A stretch of 64,000 nucleotides of DNA from Podarcis erhardii (taxonomy: Eukaryota), in the NCBI GenBank assembly GCA_964252035.1, contig OZ176207.1. One strand, 5' to 3'. The position numbers were made by a program, and so were the translations under genes. Of this stretch, positions 23,929 to 35,829 are shown piece by piece. Each line of letters begins with the position of its first letter. Within the stretch, counting starts at the first letter, position 1. The notes under the pieces are model-generated. The model was not told where the DNA came from, did not search any database, and worked only from the letters and a program-made list of their open reading frames with translations.

Positions 23929-24372
23929 AATGAATTATTAGTAAATTTCAGCAGTTTTTTCTCTAATCAAATATATAAACTTTGTCTCAAATAACTTCAA
24001 CAATTCCTCCACATTAACATTGAGTATAAATGATCTGCAAAAGGACGTTATGTACTGAAAACAGAGATGATTTATGGACTTTTGTAACCCAATTAAATAT
24101 TTAATAAAAAAAAAAATTGAAAAAAAATTCGGTCTGTGTCCACACGAAGTCTCTCATCTGTGACCATATATCAAAATAATATTTCATAGTTCTTTTCTCG
24201 TTATGATTTCATTAATGTGCACCCAGTTCCATATCTTCCATTTCCTGTTGTGTTTACTGTGGTTTTCCATCCTGATTTTTTTAAAGCCCTTCCATTTACA
24301 CTTCTTCCATTCTTTTCCCACAAAAATCCCCAGTCTTGAGGTAACACCTTGCCAGAGTTTTAGACTTAAATA

Positions 24373-24884
24373 CCGTATTTTTCGCCCTATAGGATGCACC
24401 GTCCCATAAGGCGCACCTAGTTTTTTTGGGGGGAAATTATTTTTCCTCCCCCCAGGCGCAGGGCTGGGGCGGAGGAAGCCCAAGCTTCCCCCGACCCCAG
24501 CCCCCAGAACAGGCAACTCTCCGCAAGCCGCGGGAGCCCAGCGCCGGGCTCCCACGCCTTGCGGAGAGCTGCGCCCAGCCTTCGGCATGCAGGCAACTCT
24601 CTGCAAGCCGTGGGAGCCCCGTGCAGGGCTCCCGCACCTTGCGGACAGCTGCACCCAGCCTTCGGCATGCAGGCAACTCTCCGCAAGCCGTGGGAGCCCG
24701 GCGCGGGCTCCCACGGCTTGCGGAGATCTGCACGAAGCCTGGAGAGCGAGAGGGGTCAGTGCGCGCCGACCGCTCTTGCTCTCCAGGCTTCAGCGAAAGC
24801 CTGCATTCTCCCCATAGGACACACACACATTTCCTCTTCATTTTTGGAGGGGAAAAAGTGCGTCCTATAGGTCAAAAAATACGG
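24373..24884. mobile_element. Tc1/mariner MITE (CCGTATTTTTCGC TIR family) with three internal 80-bp hairpin repeats
   Basis: TA-CCGTATTTTTCGCCCTATAGG...CCTATAGGTCAAAAAATACGG-TA; repeat units start at 24510, 24590 and 24670. Confidence 0.88.
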
Positions 24885-25397
24885 TATATAATTTTTTTTA
24901 TTTTCATGATTCAGTTATCCATTTTTCAATTCCATGAAAGGATTTATGTACATGTGAGGATGTGTGTTCTAAGAAAGTGTGTGTGTGTGCGCGCAAGAAT
25001 GTCATTTTATGCCTTATGCATTTAAAAGCAACCCTTAGCAGGAGGGATATGTGTGGAGGGGTGGCAACCACCAGCCATGGTGGTTGCCATCCATCAAATC
25101 ACCTGACATGCAACAGCCCAAATGCTATTGCATATTGGCAGTGGCAGGCACTGCAAAGAGCAGCTGCCACGTGAGAACTGAGCTTACCTCCTCCTCCCAT
25201 TCAAAAAGTGCCTGCCTGCCCATTGCTGAACACATCAGTCCAGGATGTGGCACAAAGTGGTCAACACATCGAGAAGAGGGACAACTTCTGCTCTGCTACT
25301 GGTATACCTATTCCTACAGAAATCTTTTTATCACTGGCTGCCTTGCCCTTTGAATCAGAAATGAGGGTTTCGTTCTGACTGCTTTTTAAAAGATATA

Positions 25398-25987
25398 CCA
25401 TATATTTGCTCCATAAGATGCATCCGACCATAAGACGCACCTAGTTTTCAGAAGAAAACAAGAAAAAAAATATTCTGAACGAAACAGTGGATGTATGATT
25501 TTTGTGGTTCATGCTGTGGCCACAAACATGTGATTTGACGGTGAGTTTTGGGTAGCCCAATGCAAAAATCCTGAGGATCCATGTGGATTCGTGCTTTGTA
25601 ACCATGTTTTTGCACCATTGCGGCCCCATGCAACAGTGGGTGCGTGATTTTTTTGGTGCAGGCTGTAGCCATGGACATGCTATGTGATCTGATGGTGAAT
25701 TTGGGGTGACTCAATGTAAAAATCCTGAGGATCCATGGGCTTTTACCTCCCCCCTCTCAGGCAGCCTCCTTTATTGCTAGCATCCCTTATCTCGCTTCCG
25801 ATCACTTGCGATCAGTGGCTTTGTTTCAACACCCACTTCCCTCTTTCAAAAAACAACACCATGATCTCCTTTTTGCCCCTGGGCAATTCAGCTCCAGGGA
25901 CCACGCATTCACTCCATAAGACGCACAGACATTTCCCCTTACTTTTTAGGAAGAAAAAAGTGTGTCTTATGGAGCGAAAAATATGGG
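25398..25987. mobile_element. Tc1/mariner MITE (same TIR family, more diverged)
   Basis: ccatatatttgctccataagatgc...gtcttatggagcgaaaaatatgg; subterminal blocks are shared with the other copies. Confidence 0.75.
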
Positions 25988-26304
25988 TATGTGTATTTTC
26001 TGTTTATTTCCAAGTAAGCAATGTTATATACAAAAAGGGCAACCAATAAAATTAAAAAGTTTGTATTTTTTCTTTGGCATAGGAGGTTAGTCTGTTGGTC
26101 AAGATTTTTGACCTTAAAGAGGGCCATGAACGAGGTGGGGTTTCATTTCAGGAAGCAAGGGGCCCAATGATACGTTGTGCCCAAGAAACCCCAGAAATCT
26201 AGAGGCAGCCTTGGGTTCAGGACTAAATGAACAGTTTCCTGTTCACTTACTCCCAAACCCCAGCTGTCTGCACAATAGGTCAACTTATTCTATAACACAA
26301 GATC

Positions 26305-26828
26305 AGTGGTTCCCAATTAGGGGTCCGCGACGCCATCCCCTGCCAGGGCCTTGCTTATCTTGGTAATTACACAATGAAAACACCAATAATGATCCACGGA
26401 TCACTCAACCTCTGCTTAGAGAAAGAGGGCACTGCGCTTACCTTTCCAGGGGCTGCCGCCGCCACCGCTTCTTGTGTAGCAGGTAGGCAGAGTGAGCTCG
26501 TCTGCTCCGCTCCCTGGTCCACAGGAGCACTATGGGGGTGGCAGTGACAGGAGGAAGAGGCCGAGTGGCGGCGGCTCTGCCAATCAAATGCCATGCCTGG
26601 TTTACCTCAGCGTGGCGCGGGGAGGTCTCTACCAATCAAACACCACTGAGGTAAACCAGGCACGGCGTTCGATTGGCAGAGCCCCCGCCACTCGGCCTCT
26701 TCCCACCGTCGCCATTGCCGGGAGTCTTGGCTTTGTAGAGGGTTCTTAAATGGCCAGGGGGGTGGGGGTGGATTTAGGACCCAGGCGGGCCTGATCCGCC
26801 CTGGGGGACTGTACTTTGCCGACCCCTG
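26305..26828. mobile_element. Probable hAT-type MITE containing a ~60-bp inverted repeat
   Basis: Termini CAGTGGTTCCCAA...TTTGCCGACCCCTG resemble hAT ends; no perfect TSD found. Confidence 0.45.
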
Positions 26829-26884
26829 TTCTACTTGTTTTCAATGACTATCAAGTTTAGAGGACTCTTCCACTGCTTCTAGGT

Positions 26885-27630
26885 TAAGGTTACCAGATTT
26901 TTTTCAATGAATCCATGGACACTTTAAATAAATAAATAAATAAATCACATTTGGGACGTTGATGCTGCAGCGATGGCGGTGGCAGAGGGGCGGCCACTGC
27001 CTTGACCTTAACCGCCACGTTTCCCCTTCCTCCGAGGCTTCTATCTCCTTTCTCCATGATCCATGAGCCTGGGCAGCCCCATAGTTGTTGGTTCTTCGGT
27101 GGTGGTGGTGGTGGGGAAGTGGTGTGTGGTGGGTCAGGCATGGAAAACGGAGGAGGGCCGAGAGTGGCAGCAAGGCTCGGGCAGCGCAATGCCTCCCTTC
27201 TCACTGGAGCAGCCCCAATTCCATTCCTACCTGTGTGCAAGCAGGAGGGGGCGAGGATCCCTCAGCTGGGAAGGGAGGCTTCCCATTGCTTAACTGAGCG
27301 ATTCCCCCCCTGCCACCGCTTGCACACAAGGAGGAGTTGGGAGGCTGCTCCAATAGGCAGCATGAAACCTCCCTTCACAGCTTAGTTGCTAGGGTCAGGG
27401 AAGGTGGAGGCAGCATCTTAAAAGCCCCTGCACCACCATCATATGGGGACTTCCGAGCAGCTCCTGAAGCCAGCCAGAGCCAACTGCTCTGGGCTGCTGA
27501 GACAGCTGCTGCTGCATTTCCCAGGGACATTAGATGAAATCCGGGGACATTCCGGGGATGGAATTTGTCCGGTGACTTATTCACAAATCTGGGGGCTGTC
27601 CCTGGGAAACAGGGACATCTGGTAACCCTA
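26885..27630. mobile_element. hAT-family non-autonomous element
   Basis: TIRs TAAGGTTACCAGAT...ATCTGGTAACCCTA; 8-bp TSD TTCTAGGT at 26877-26884 and 27631-27638. Confidence 0.88.
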
Positions 27631-27807
27631 TTCTAGGTAGGGTTTCAAGTGACTCTTGGCTTATGAGTTTCGGATTCATGTCTCATCTTGGAAGTCCAAC
27701 AGGGGAAATACCTAAGCAAATTGCCACGTTTAGCACAATAGCTTCCTCTCTGATGATTTAATTTTGTGCTAGGGCTGGGCAATACTTTCTTTGCAACATT
27801 GTGATAT

Positions 27808-28290
27808 TCTTCTTCTTTGGTGATCACTCATAGTCGAGTAAGATTGTCTTCCATAAACACAGTTTTAGCAATGAGTCCATAAGTGATTGTGGAGGCCAAT
27901 TCTGGATCCATACTTCCTTCCACAGTGGGGACATTGGTTCACAGGCGAGAGTTGATCACGGTATGGATTTGCCAAGTGCTCCTTCCTCTTAGCATGTTTC
28001 TCTCTTGCGTCCTGAGTTCAAATGTCTTCAAAGCCCATGACACCTTTGGTAAAGGCTGTTCTCCAACTGGAGTGCTCGCAGGCAAGTGTTTCCCAATTGT
28101 TGGTGTTTATACTACATTTTTTTTAGATTTGCATTGAGACAGTCTTTAAACCTCTTTTGCATTACACTTTCCATTTTTAAGTTCGGAATAGAGTAGTTGC
28201 TTTGGAAGACAATAATCAGGCATCCACACATGACCAATCCAATGAAGTTTATGTTGAAGAATCATTGCTTCAACACTGGTGATCTTTGCT
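27808..28290 (-). mobile_element. RTE-clade LINE 3' fragment (not Bov-B)
   Basis: The minus strand reads QKRFKDCLNANLKKC...WETLA...QCPHCGRKYGSRIGLHNHLWTH, the C2H2-type C-terminus of RTE ORFs; (GAA)n tail. Confidence 0.8.
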
Positions 28291-28716
28291 TCTTTGTGAT
28301 ATATCAGCAGCTAAATACCTGTATATGCTGATATATCACGATGACTTCGAATTTATCTTGCCTGCTGCATCTGAGATACATAGCCCAGCCCTACACGGTG
28401 AGCAAGTCCCGATGCCTCTTAAGCTCAAATGCAAATCATGATATATTGCCGAGTAAAGCCACCATCACGGTCTGCTCCCATGCTGGTCCTGGGCGATGCA
28501 TCAATGCATCGCTCAGGCCTATGTAGTGCAAAAGGCAGCCTGTGTGGATTTTTTTTCTTGTTTTCTGTGGGAAGCTATGTAGATACATTTTGGGTGGGAG
28601 GAAACAGATATATGGCAGAATCCTAATAAATTCAACAGTTCGTTCTTATCGGGTAATCAGCAATGATAAAAACCTCACTCCAAATAAGTACTGTATTTGA
28701 CTAATTAATCTCTTTA

Positions 28717-30915
28717 TTTTTTTAAAATAATATTTATTAAGGTTTCAAAAATTACAGAAAGAAAAAGTAAAAAATGACACATTAAACAAAAGCAAAACAA
28801 CACATCACAATATAAAAAGGGGGGGAAAACAGAGAAATAAAACCCGTTAAACAAAAACAAAAACACACAAAAAATGCATCAAATCTCCTCATTACTAATC
28901 TTTCATTAGCTTATTTCCTTGACCTCCTCCCACCTCCCTTTTTTTGTATTCTAGGTCAATTATCCATTTCAGCAAATCCTTTCCCTCTTTTAAATTTTTT
29001 GTCCTGTAAATTGTCTTAATATAATGTAACTTTACTTTTCCTCCTTTCACCAATTAACAGTCAGTTATTCCCAAATCCTTTATATCATTCCGGCTAAAAT
29101 CATATAATATTATTCCAACATCCTTCTAACAGATATTAATTTTACAATATTTCTGTAAATAGTCTTTAAATTTCCTCCAAATAACATTTCTGCTAAATCC
29201 ATAAAATATCAATCCACCAATTATCTATCACTCATTAATTTTACAATATTTCTATATATAAACTTTAATTTTTTCAATCTTCTTCCATCAACTCCTCTCC
29301 CTGGTTTCGGATTCTGCCAGTCCTTTCCGTCAATTCCATATACAGTAGTCCATCAACCTGGAGATCTTATGTCTGAGGCTCTTAACTCTTTTCCAGGTCC
29401 CTTCTGCCGATCTCCTTCATATTCTTTGATGCTAGAGAGCAAATCAAGAAAACTCCATCTTAACAATATTTTTATTCCTTCTGGACAGTTCAGCCAGATT
29501 TCCATAGTTGAGGCTAGGGTCAATAAAGTATTTCAGGTCGTATTTCAAGATTCTTCCAAATCCAAAGGCCCTCAAACCTTCAATCTCCTCCAAGTCCATG
29601 TCCATGTCCCAAAAATCAATTAATCCCTGGATAGAGGGATCATTCTGACTTTCCTTCTTCAGTCCAAACCAGGAACTAATCCTCGAAATCTGACTTTTTC
29701 TATATTCAATCATAGAAGGCCTCAATTTATAGTCTTCAATTTGCTTCTGTAAAAGTAAAAGTCCCACTTGTGTTATTTTAGGTTCAAAAACAACAACTTT
29801 CTCCTTTTCCTCCACCATTTGTTCTGCCAAAGTAGGTTCCTGTGCCAAGTCCTGAATTATTTCTGTATTGGTGCTCTCTTCTCGTATCAAATTAGTCACT
29901 TTCTGTTCCAAGTTATCAACTTTAAAGGTCGTGGCATCTGTCTTTTTATTAAGCTCTTCCAGCGAATGACTTATTTTACATAATAGAGTCACAATATCTT
30001 CTCCTATCAACATTTTGAATAGTCCAAGGTCAATCACTGGTTCTCAGAATCCTTATCTTGCAGCTGGAGATCCCCCAGTTACACTCCTGTAACAGTTTCA
30101 AAAGCTCCCTCTAGAGGGAAGCAGTCTCCACTTGTATGAGTTCTTTCAAGCACAGCTCAAGCAATAAACAAAGTTTCAATTTTCGGTTACTTTTCCTCCA
30201 TTTTGAATGCAGAAGAGGACAATGGAAACAGTATCTTGCTCTTATTTCAACTAGCTGTCAAATCCGTTCTGTCAACGAACTTTCCCCAAACGTCATCTGG
30301 CAACCCGTTCCCAGTTTCAGAGCTGAGGTGATTTGATTTTCCCCTCACTCCTGCAGGCTTACTAAGTTCAATTCAAAGCTTCCCCCCTCTTCACGTGCCT
30401 CCAAGGGGGGTTTTGTATTTTTAACTGATGGAAATTTAATCTTTTATCAAAGGCTTTCAAAGGCTGCTTGTAACGTCTTTGCTTCAGTCTATTTACAAAA
30501 GCGGAAGGCGGACTTCCTGTTTATGACCTTCCTGCTTCGGCGCCGAATTAAGATACTTAAAAATCCAATTTTTCGTTCTACTCACGGGTAGTTGTTTAAA
30601 ATCCAATTGTCCACAGGGAAAAGTCAGTGCTCTCCAGCAACAGCAATGCGGCTTCACTCCGTGAAAGAAGCGGTCGATTCAAAGCACCGCGCCGCTCACC
30701 CCACGTCGCTCCGGATCCCCTAAACAGGGTTTCCCCGTGAGTAGGGGAGGCGCAAAAGGTGCCAGCCGAATCCCAGGTTCACAGGTTTCTTCCACCTGTG
30801 ATTTCAATGGGTCTCCGCCTTCGCCGTGGCGGTCAGACCCTGTTTTTCACGGAGTAAGTTCCTCCCGATCGGAGGAGCTCAGCCATTGCCGGAGGCGCCA
30901 ACCCGGAAGTCGACC
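28717..30915 (-). mobile_element. Internally deleted / non-autonomous L1 (5' UTR, ORF1-like coiled-coil ORF, last codons of ORF2, 3' UTR)
   Basis: 14-bp TSD AATTAATCTCTTTA at 28703-28716 and 30916-30929. The 5' end begins ggtcgacttccgggttggcgcc. ORF at 29444-30037. 29230-29370 and the 3' tail are homologous to the L1 at 7938-8852. Confidence 0.85.
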
Positions 30916-30967
30916 AATTAATCTCTTTAAGCCAGAGATGAAACCTGGGCACAGAAGGACTAAATAA

Positions 30968-31008
30968 GTTGTTGTTGTTGTTACTACTACTACTACTACT
31001 ACTACTAC
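30968..31008. repeat. (GTT)n(ACT)n compound microsatellite
   Basis: Direct reading. Confidence 0.95.
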
Positions 31009-32950
31009 CAACATTACAAAATTCCAGCTGTTTTCTTCTAAGTCTTCACCAATACTTTATTAAGCCCCGACCAGGCCTTCACCTATGTCTTGAAGGTGCA
31101 AGATCCCTCAGTCAGCAGAACCATATGCTACAAAGTTTTGCTAAAATGTACCATCTCAGATTACAAGTAGGAAATAAAATGTTTGAATACTCTCTCATAT
31201 AAATAGCCTTCTGCATATAGAACACGGGCAAGTTAGGGACACAATTGTTTGTTTGTTTATTCAGTTGTAGTGGAGCAATGGAGACAAGTTTTTCCTACTG
31301 TCTGGAGATAGGAATTTTGTGGTAATATCACAAATTTTATGGTCTGCTTTTTAGTATACCTAAAATCCTTTGCTTATTAGGGGCCACCCCAAATTTTCTT
31401 CAAAAAATTGCTTTGCACAGGTAGCTACTATAGAGTTATCAAAATTTTCAAAAGTAGGGGGTCCGTGGCTTGGCTTTTGAAAAATAGTAGGTCCTCAGTA
31501 ATTAGCTAATTGGGAACCATTGCACTGAGCTGTAGCAATTCAAAGCTGAACATCTAGCCAGAGGCAGATTTAGGGGAACACAACTGGTTCATGAAGCCTC
31601 AAGGGCACCACAGTGGGCGCCGCAACTATGAAGTACAGTAACTGGGAGGTGAGAGGCAGGGGGATGTGGATTTTGGCTTTGCACAGGGCGCCGCTTGAAT
31701 CTGAGACCCCTATGGTGTGCCACTGATCTAGCCCCAGAATGTAACAATACTGTACTTGAGGAACAAGCATTTCCTAATCCTTAATTCTCCTCCTATGTGA
31801 GATTGTGATTCAGCATGGCCCCAACTTGTTTGTTCTACTCCAGGATGTTCATGGTTGTCCCAATACACCTATGCAAAATAAACACACGGATTTCATACGT
31901 CATACACACTGTCAGATTTACGTATAAGCTAAACAAGCTATTGCTTAGGGTCCCACTCTCTTGGAGGCCCCCAAAAAATTTAAAGGGAAAAAACCCTGGA
32001 TGTACATTTCCAAAATATAAGATAAAAAACATATAAAATAAAACCTACATACAGTTAGAGCTTAATAATTATTTCACTATTAATATACTTCTTCTTAATT
32101 GCATTTCACTATTAATATACTTCTTAATTGCATTTCAGTTCCAACAGTTACTTTGATAAAATACATATTTTGTTATGTGCAAATGGCTTTAGATACCTGT
32201 TAGGTCCATAAATTACCATATAGCATATATTCAACACAAAATACAGCGACAATTTGTTGTTGACAAAGGACCCCGTTACCTTCAGTAGCTTAGGGCCTCA
32301 TCAAACCTAAATCCGGCCCTGGTCATACAAACTGACTTCAATTTACCTATTTTCCTAGGTTGCAGTTATCTTCATGTAGGCACAGAATCAGTGGCCCTAA
32401 GTGACAGATGTCCTGCAAAGAGCTATACATAGAACTCTGTTCATCTGCTTCATCTAATGTTCTGGGGGTATTCCTAACACCACCACCACTGCCTTTCTGT
32501 TAATTTCAGGGAGAAGAGAGGAGGGATAATTCTACTGGGTGTCATGAAATGCTTGCACAGATAGAATGACTGAAAGAGCACAGTATTGTATTGAATTCCA
32601 CCCTATATCTTTTCATTAGATGGAGCAGATAAATCACCACAAGGTGGAGTTCTAAGTACAGCTTTGTTTCCAGAAGACCAGTGAAGAAACAGACGTGTGA
32701 GGACCACTGTGTGGCAAACTTGCTACATGGAAAACAGTCTATATAAGAAGTAGTTTGCAAAATGCGTAATGTGCACAAGCCTTGCTGTGAGTACACAGTG
32801 CAAAACGCATGCATGTATGATTGTTGCATCTAACAATGTACAAGGAATTTTAATGTAGTCTCTCTTACCAGGTTTTTATGAATACTTTTGCTTCACTTTG
32901 TACTCTAGCCTAAAAAAACTGTTGTGATGCTACCTGTAAAACCCATAGCT

Positions 32951-33086
32951 TAGGCATAGGCAAACTCGGCCCTCCAGATGTTTTGGGACTACAACTCCCA
33001 TCATCCCTAGCTAACAGGACTAGTGGTCAAGGATGATGGGAATTGTAGTCCCCAAACATCTGAAGGGCCAAGTTTGCCTATGCCTG
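32951..33086. mobile_element. Palindromic hAT MITE
   Basis: Termini TAGGCATAGGCAAACT...AGTTTGCCTATGCCTG; 8-bp TSD CCATAGCT at 32943-32950 and 33087-33094. Confidence 0.9.
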
Positions 33087-33146
33087 CCATAGCTTAAATC
33101 TTTCCTTTCATGGAGCATCTACTAGGTCATCTTGGGAAAACCAGTA

Positions 33147-33378
33147 CAGTGGACGCTGGGGTTGCGAACCTGATCTGTGCAGGAGGCATGTTCGCAACCC
33201 ACAGCGCCACATCTGCGCACGTGCGGGTCATGATTTGGAGCTTCTGTGCAAAACGCGATTTAGCGCTTCTGCGCTTGCACTGAAATCCGGAAGTAACCTG
33301 TTCGGTACTTCCGGGTTCGGCGTGGTGTGCAACGCAAAAACATGCAACCTGAAGTGTCTGTAACCCGAGATATGACTG
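33147..33378. mobile_element. Tigger-like MITE
   Basis: Flanked by TA; imperfect TIRs CAGTGGACGCTGGGGTT / AACCCGAGATATGACTG; a related terminus recurs at ~33424. Confidence 0.6.
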
Positions 33379-33739
33379 TAACTCTCTGTCCCGGTACTGT
33401 TTCTTTGCAATGTAAGGTCAGAACAGTCATACCTCAGGTTGAAGTAGCTTCGGGTTGAGCGTTTTCAGGTTACACCCCACGGCGACCCGGAAGTAATGAA
33501 ACGCGTTACTTATGGGTTTCGCCACTCTGTGGTTTTAAATTGTTTTCCGTGCTTTGCATTTTTAAAGTGCCCTGGGACCTCAGGGTGAACGGCGGGCAAC
33601 AAATTACATTGTTAACAATAATGATAATAAGGGGATTTATGCATTTGCCTTGGCAGGGTTGTTTTAGATTTCCCTTTTCCCTTTTTAGATTAGTACTAAA
33701 TAAGATGTGAGCTACAACAGCCTCTGCAGCTGCCTTTCT

Positions 33740-34430
33740 TGTTTGGAAGCAGCCATACGCCGTCCTCCCTTCCCTCTGGGCGAGACGGGAGATGGGCGTT
33801 TGTTTTTTTAAAGGCTTCCGACGCGCAGCCGCAAAGCAGTCTCTGTTACGCGTCCCTCTGCCCTTTCTTTTCTCTATGGCGCATTTCCCGGAAGCCGCCT
33901 TCTCTGACTTGTTCAGGCACCTGTCCTCCTACTCAATGGGAGCAGCGGCCCTAAGCTTAGCGAAGAGCACGCTGTCCTCTTTTGGTGCGTCCTCACTCGG
34001 GACAATGGGATAGCGGTGAAGTGCCAGGAGTGGCCGCTTGCCATACCGCCCCTTTGGGGGCGGCAGGAGAGGAAGAAAAGGCCGAGCTCTCTCGCCGAGT
34101 GAAGCGTCTCTGCAGCTGCAGCTGCCGCCGCCGCATCCTCCCTCTCCGAGACAGGTGAGGCCCGTCTTCCCTTCCTCCTCGTTAGGATGCAGCAAGTTGT
34201 CTCTTCGGGCGGGGAGGAGAGTTGACAGAGGGAGGGCAGCCCTTCCTGGCTCCTTTCTCGCCTTCCCCTCCACCCCCTTTACATGGGCAGCCTTTTCTGT
34301 TGCTTTTCTCCCCAACTTCTCGCAGGACTTCCCATCTCCGTGCCGGTTTGGGCGCTCTCTCCCTGATTCTGACTTGAGTCCTTGCGTTGTGGCGCGGGCG
34401 CCGTTAATATTTCCCGTGCTTTACGAATGT
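33740..34430 (+). promoter_or_regulatory. CpG island: probable promoter and non-coding first exon of paralog C (candidate donor CAG|GTGAGG at 34154/34155)
   Basis: CpG-rich block ~1.1 kb upstream of the acceptor at 35497-35498; YY1-like ATGGCG at 33876-33881 and ETS-like CCGGAAG at 33888-33894. Confidence 0.62.
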
Positions 34431-35501
34431 TGTAGGGGCTGCTTCACGCAATTCTTACAACCCCATGTCAGGTAGATATTGCAGGTGTGCAGCTGGGAAA
34501 GCGCGGCTCCCATTTGCTGGAAGCCACCCAGAGAATTTATAGGAGAGACAAGATTGGAGCTGGTCTTTCCTGATTTGTAACTTTATCAATTCAGCTATCG
34601 GTCATCAATTTGCAGTAGTGTCTCCCTGTGCACTGAGTTGCTGTTGTGTGTGCACTTGAGCATTTGTTTTTATGTGGGAGTGCCTTTTTGTGGGATATTC
34701 ACTTGTCTGCTTGCTCTTTATTGCTCTTTCAGCTCTTTATTGCTGAAAGAAAGACTTTGAAACATGATGAGTGCCCCCCAAAGGACCAATAGCTCTTTTT
34801 GAAAAACAGGTGGTTATTTCATCAAAAAGACATTTGTGGCCCCATCTCTGTCAGGTACACAGATCTAGTCAATGTATCCCAGTAAACCCATGTGAATTAA
34901 ACGAATGAAGATGATCACTGAAGCCTTTTTAAATCAGAGCAGGTTTCCATCATAGAACTCAGTTTGCTGCTCTTGTCTTTGTCACTGCACTACACAAAGA
35001 GGATGATGCTGGGACACAGCAAGAGAACCGAAGAAAGCCATACATAAATTGTTGTTGTTGTTGTTTATTAGATATATATACTTCCCTTCATCAAAAGATC
35101 TCAGGGAGGTTCACAAGATAAAGTCTGGAACAAAGTCCCTCCTGTACAAAGAAAGCTATCTTAGATGGGCTTTGGATTTTACAACATTGAAAGCCTGTTT
35201 TCTACTATTGTAAAAGTGCTACATGGGAGATAAGAATCTGTTGCCATACGTTGCACTTCATAGACTTTAAGAAGCAGAGGGTAGACAAGTATTACAGGTT
35301 CCCTAGTTGCTTCACTCCCAAACTTGATTGTTGTGTTTACTTGGTAATGACAGCAGTCTGTATTCAACTTAAGAGTATTCTGGTCTTTAGTGAAAATTGT
35401 CTGGAAATTCAAACTGACAATTCCAAACACTTCTTTATAATATACTATGCAGATCTTTATATACTTTAAAAAACTTGTTTTGTTTTCTTTTTAAACAGAA
35501 T

Positions 35502-35829
35502 ATGATAGGCCGAAATGAATCCTGTGGTGCAGAGCAGATGCCCATGTCTTACTTGACTTGCCTGCTTTACATACTGGAAGGATGGACTGGAGTCGAACAC
35601 TTGGACGAATATCTGAGTTACCTGGTCTACCTCACATGGCTCTTTGCACCATTGCTTGTAGCATTTTTACTTCCTGCACTCATCCTCATTCTTGTATATG
35701 TCAGCATTTTTATTCTTCATATTTACAAGTTACGGACACACCTAAAAGAGGTTTATTCAAATGATTTTTGGGATAGTGCAAGACTTGCAGTGTTAACTTT
35801 GTGGCATGTTCATGGAAGAATATGGAATG
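35502..35829 (+). CDS. TMEM68: Paralog C first coding exon (exon begins 35499)
   Basis: cAG at 35497-35498, ATG at 35502, donor GTaagt at 35830. Confidence 0.93.

Noticed and set aside
24184-25025. Overlapping 100-199 aa ORFs and 80-bp periodic repeats that superficially resemble a CRISPR array or repeat protein
   Set aside because: They lie inside a TA-flanked mariner MITE; the units are contiguous tandem hairpins with no unique spacers, and the DNA is eukaryotic.
33739-34475. Pro/Arg/Ser-rich ORFs in the CpG islands (also 14130-14520)
   Set aside because: These are expected by-products of GC-rich, stop-poor promoter DNA and show no homology signal.
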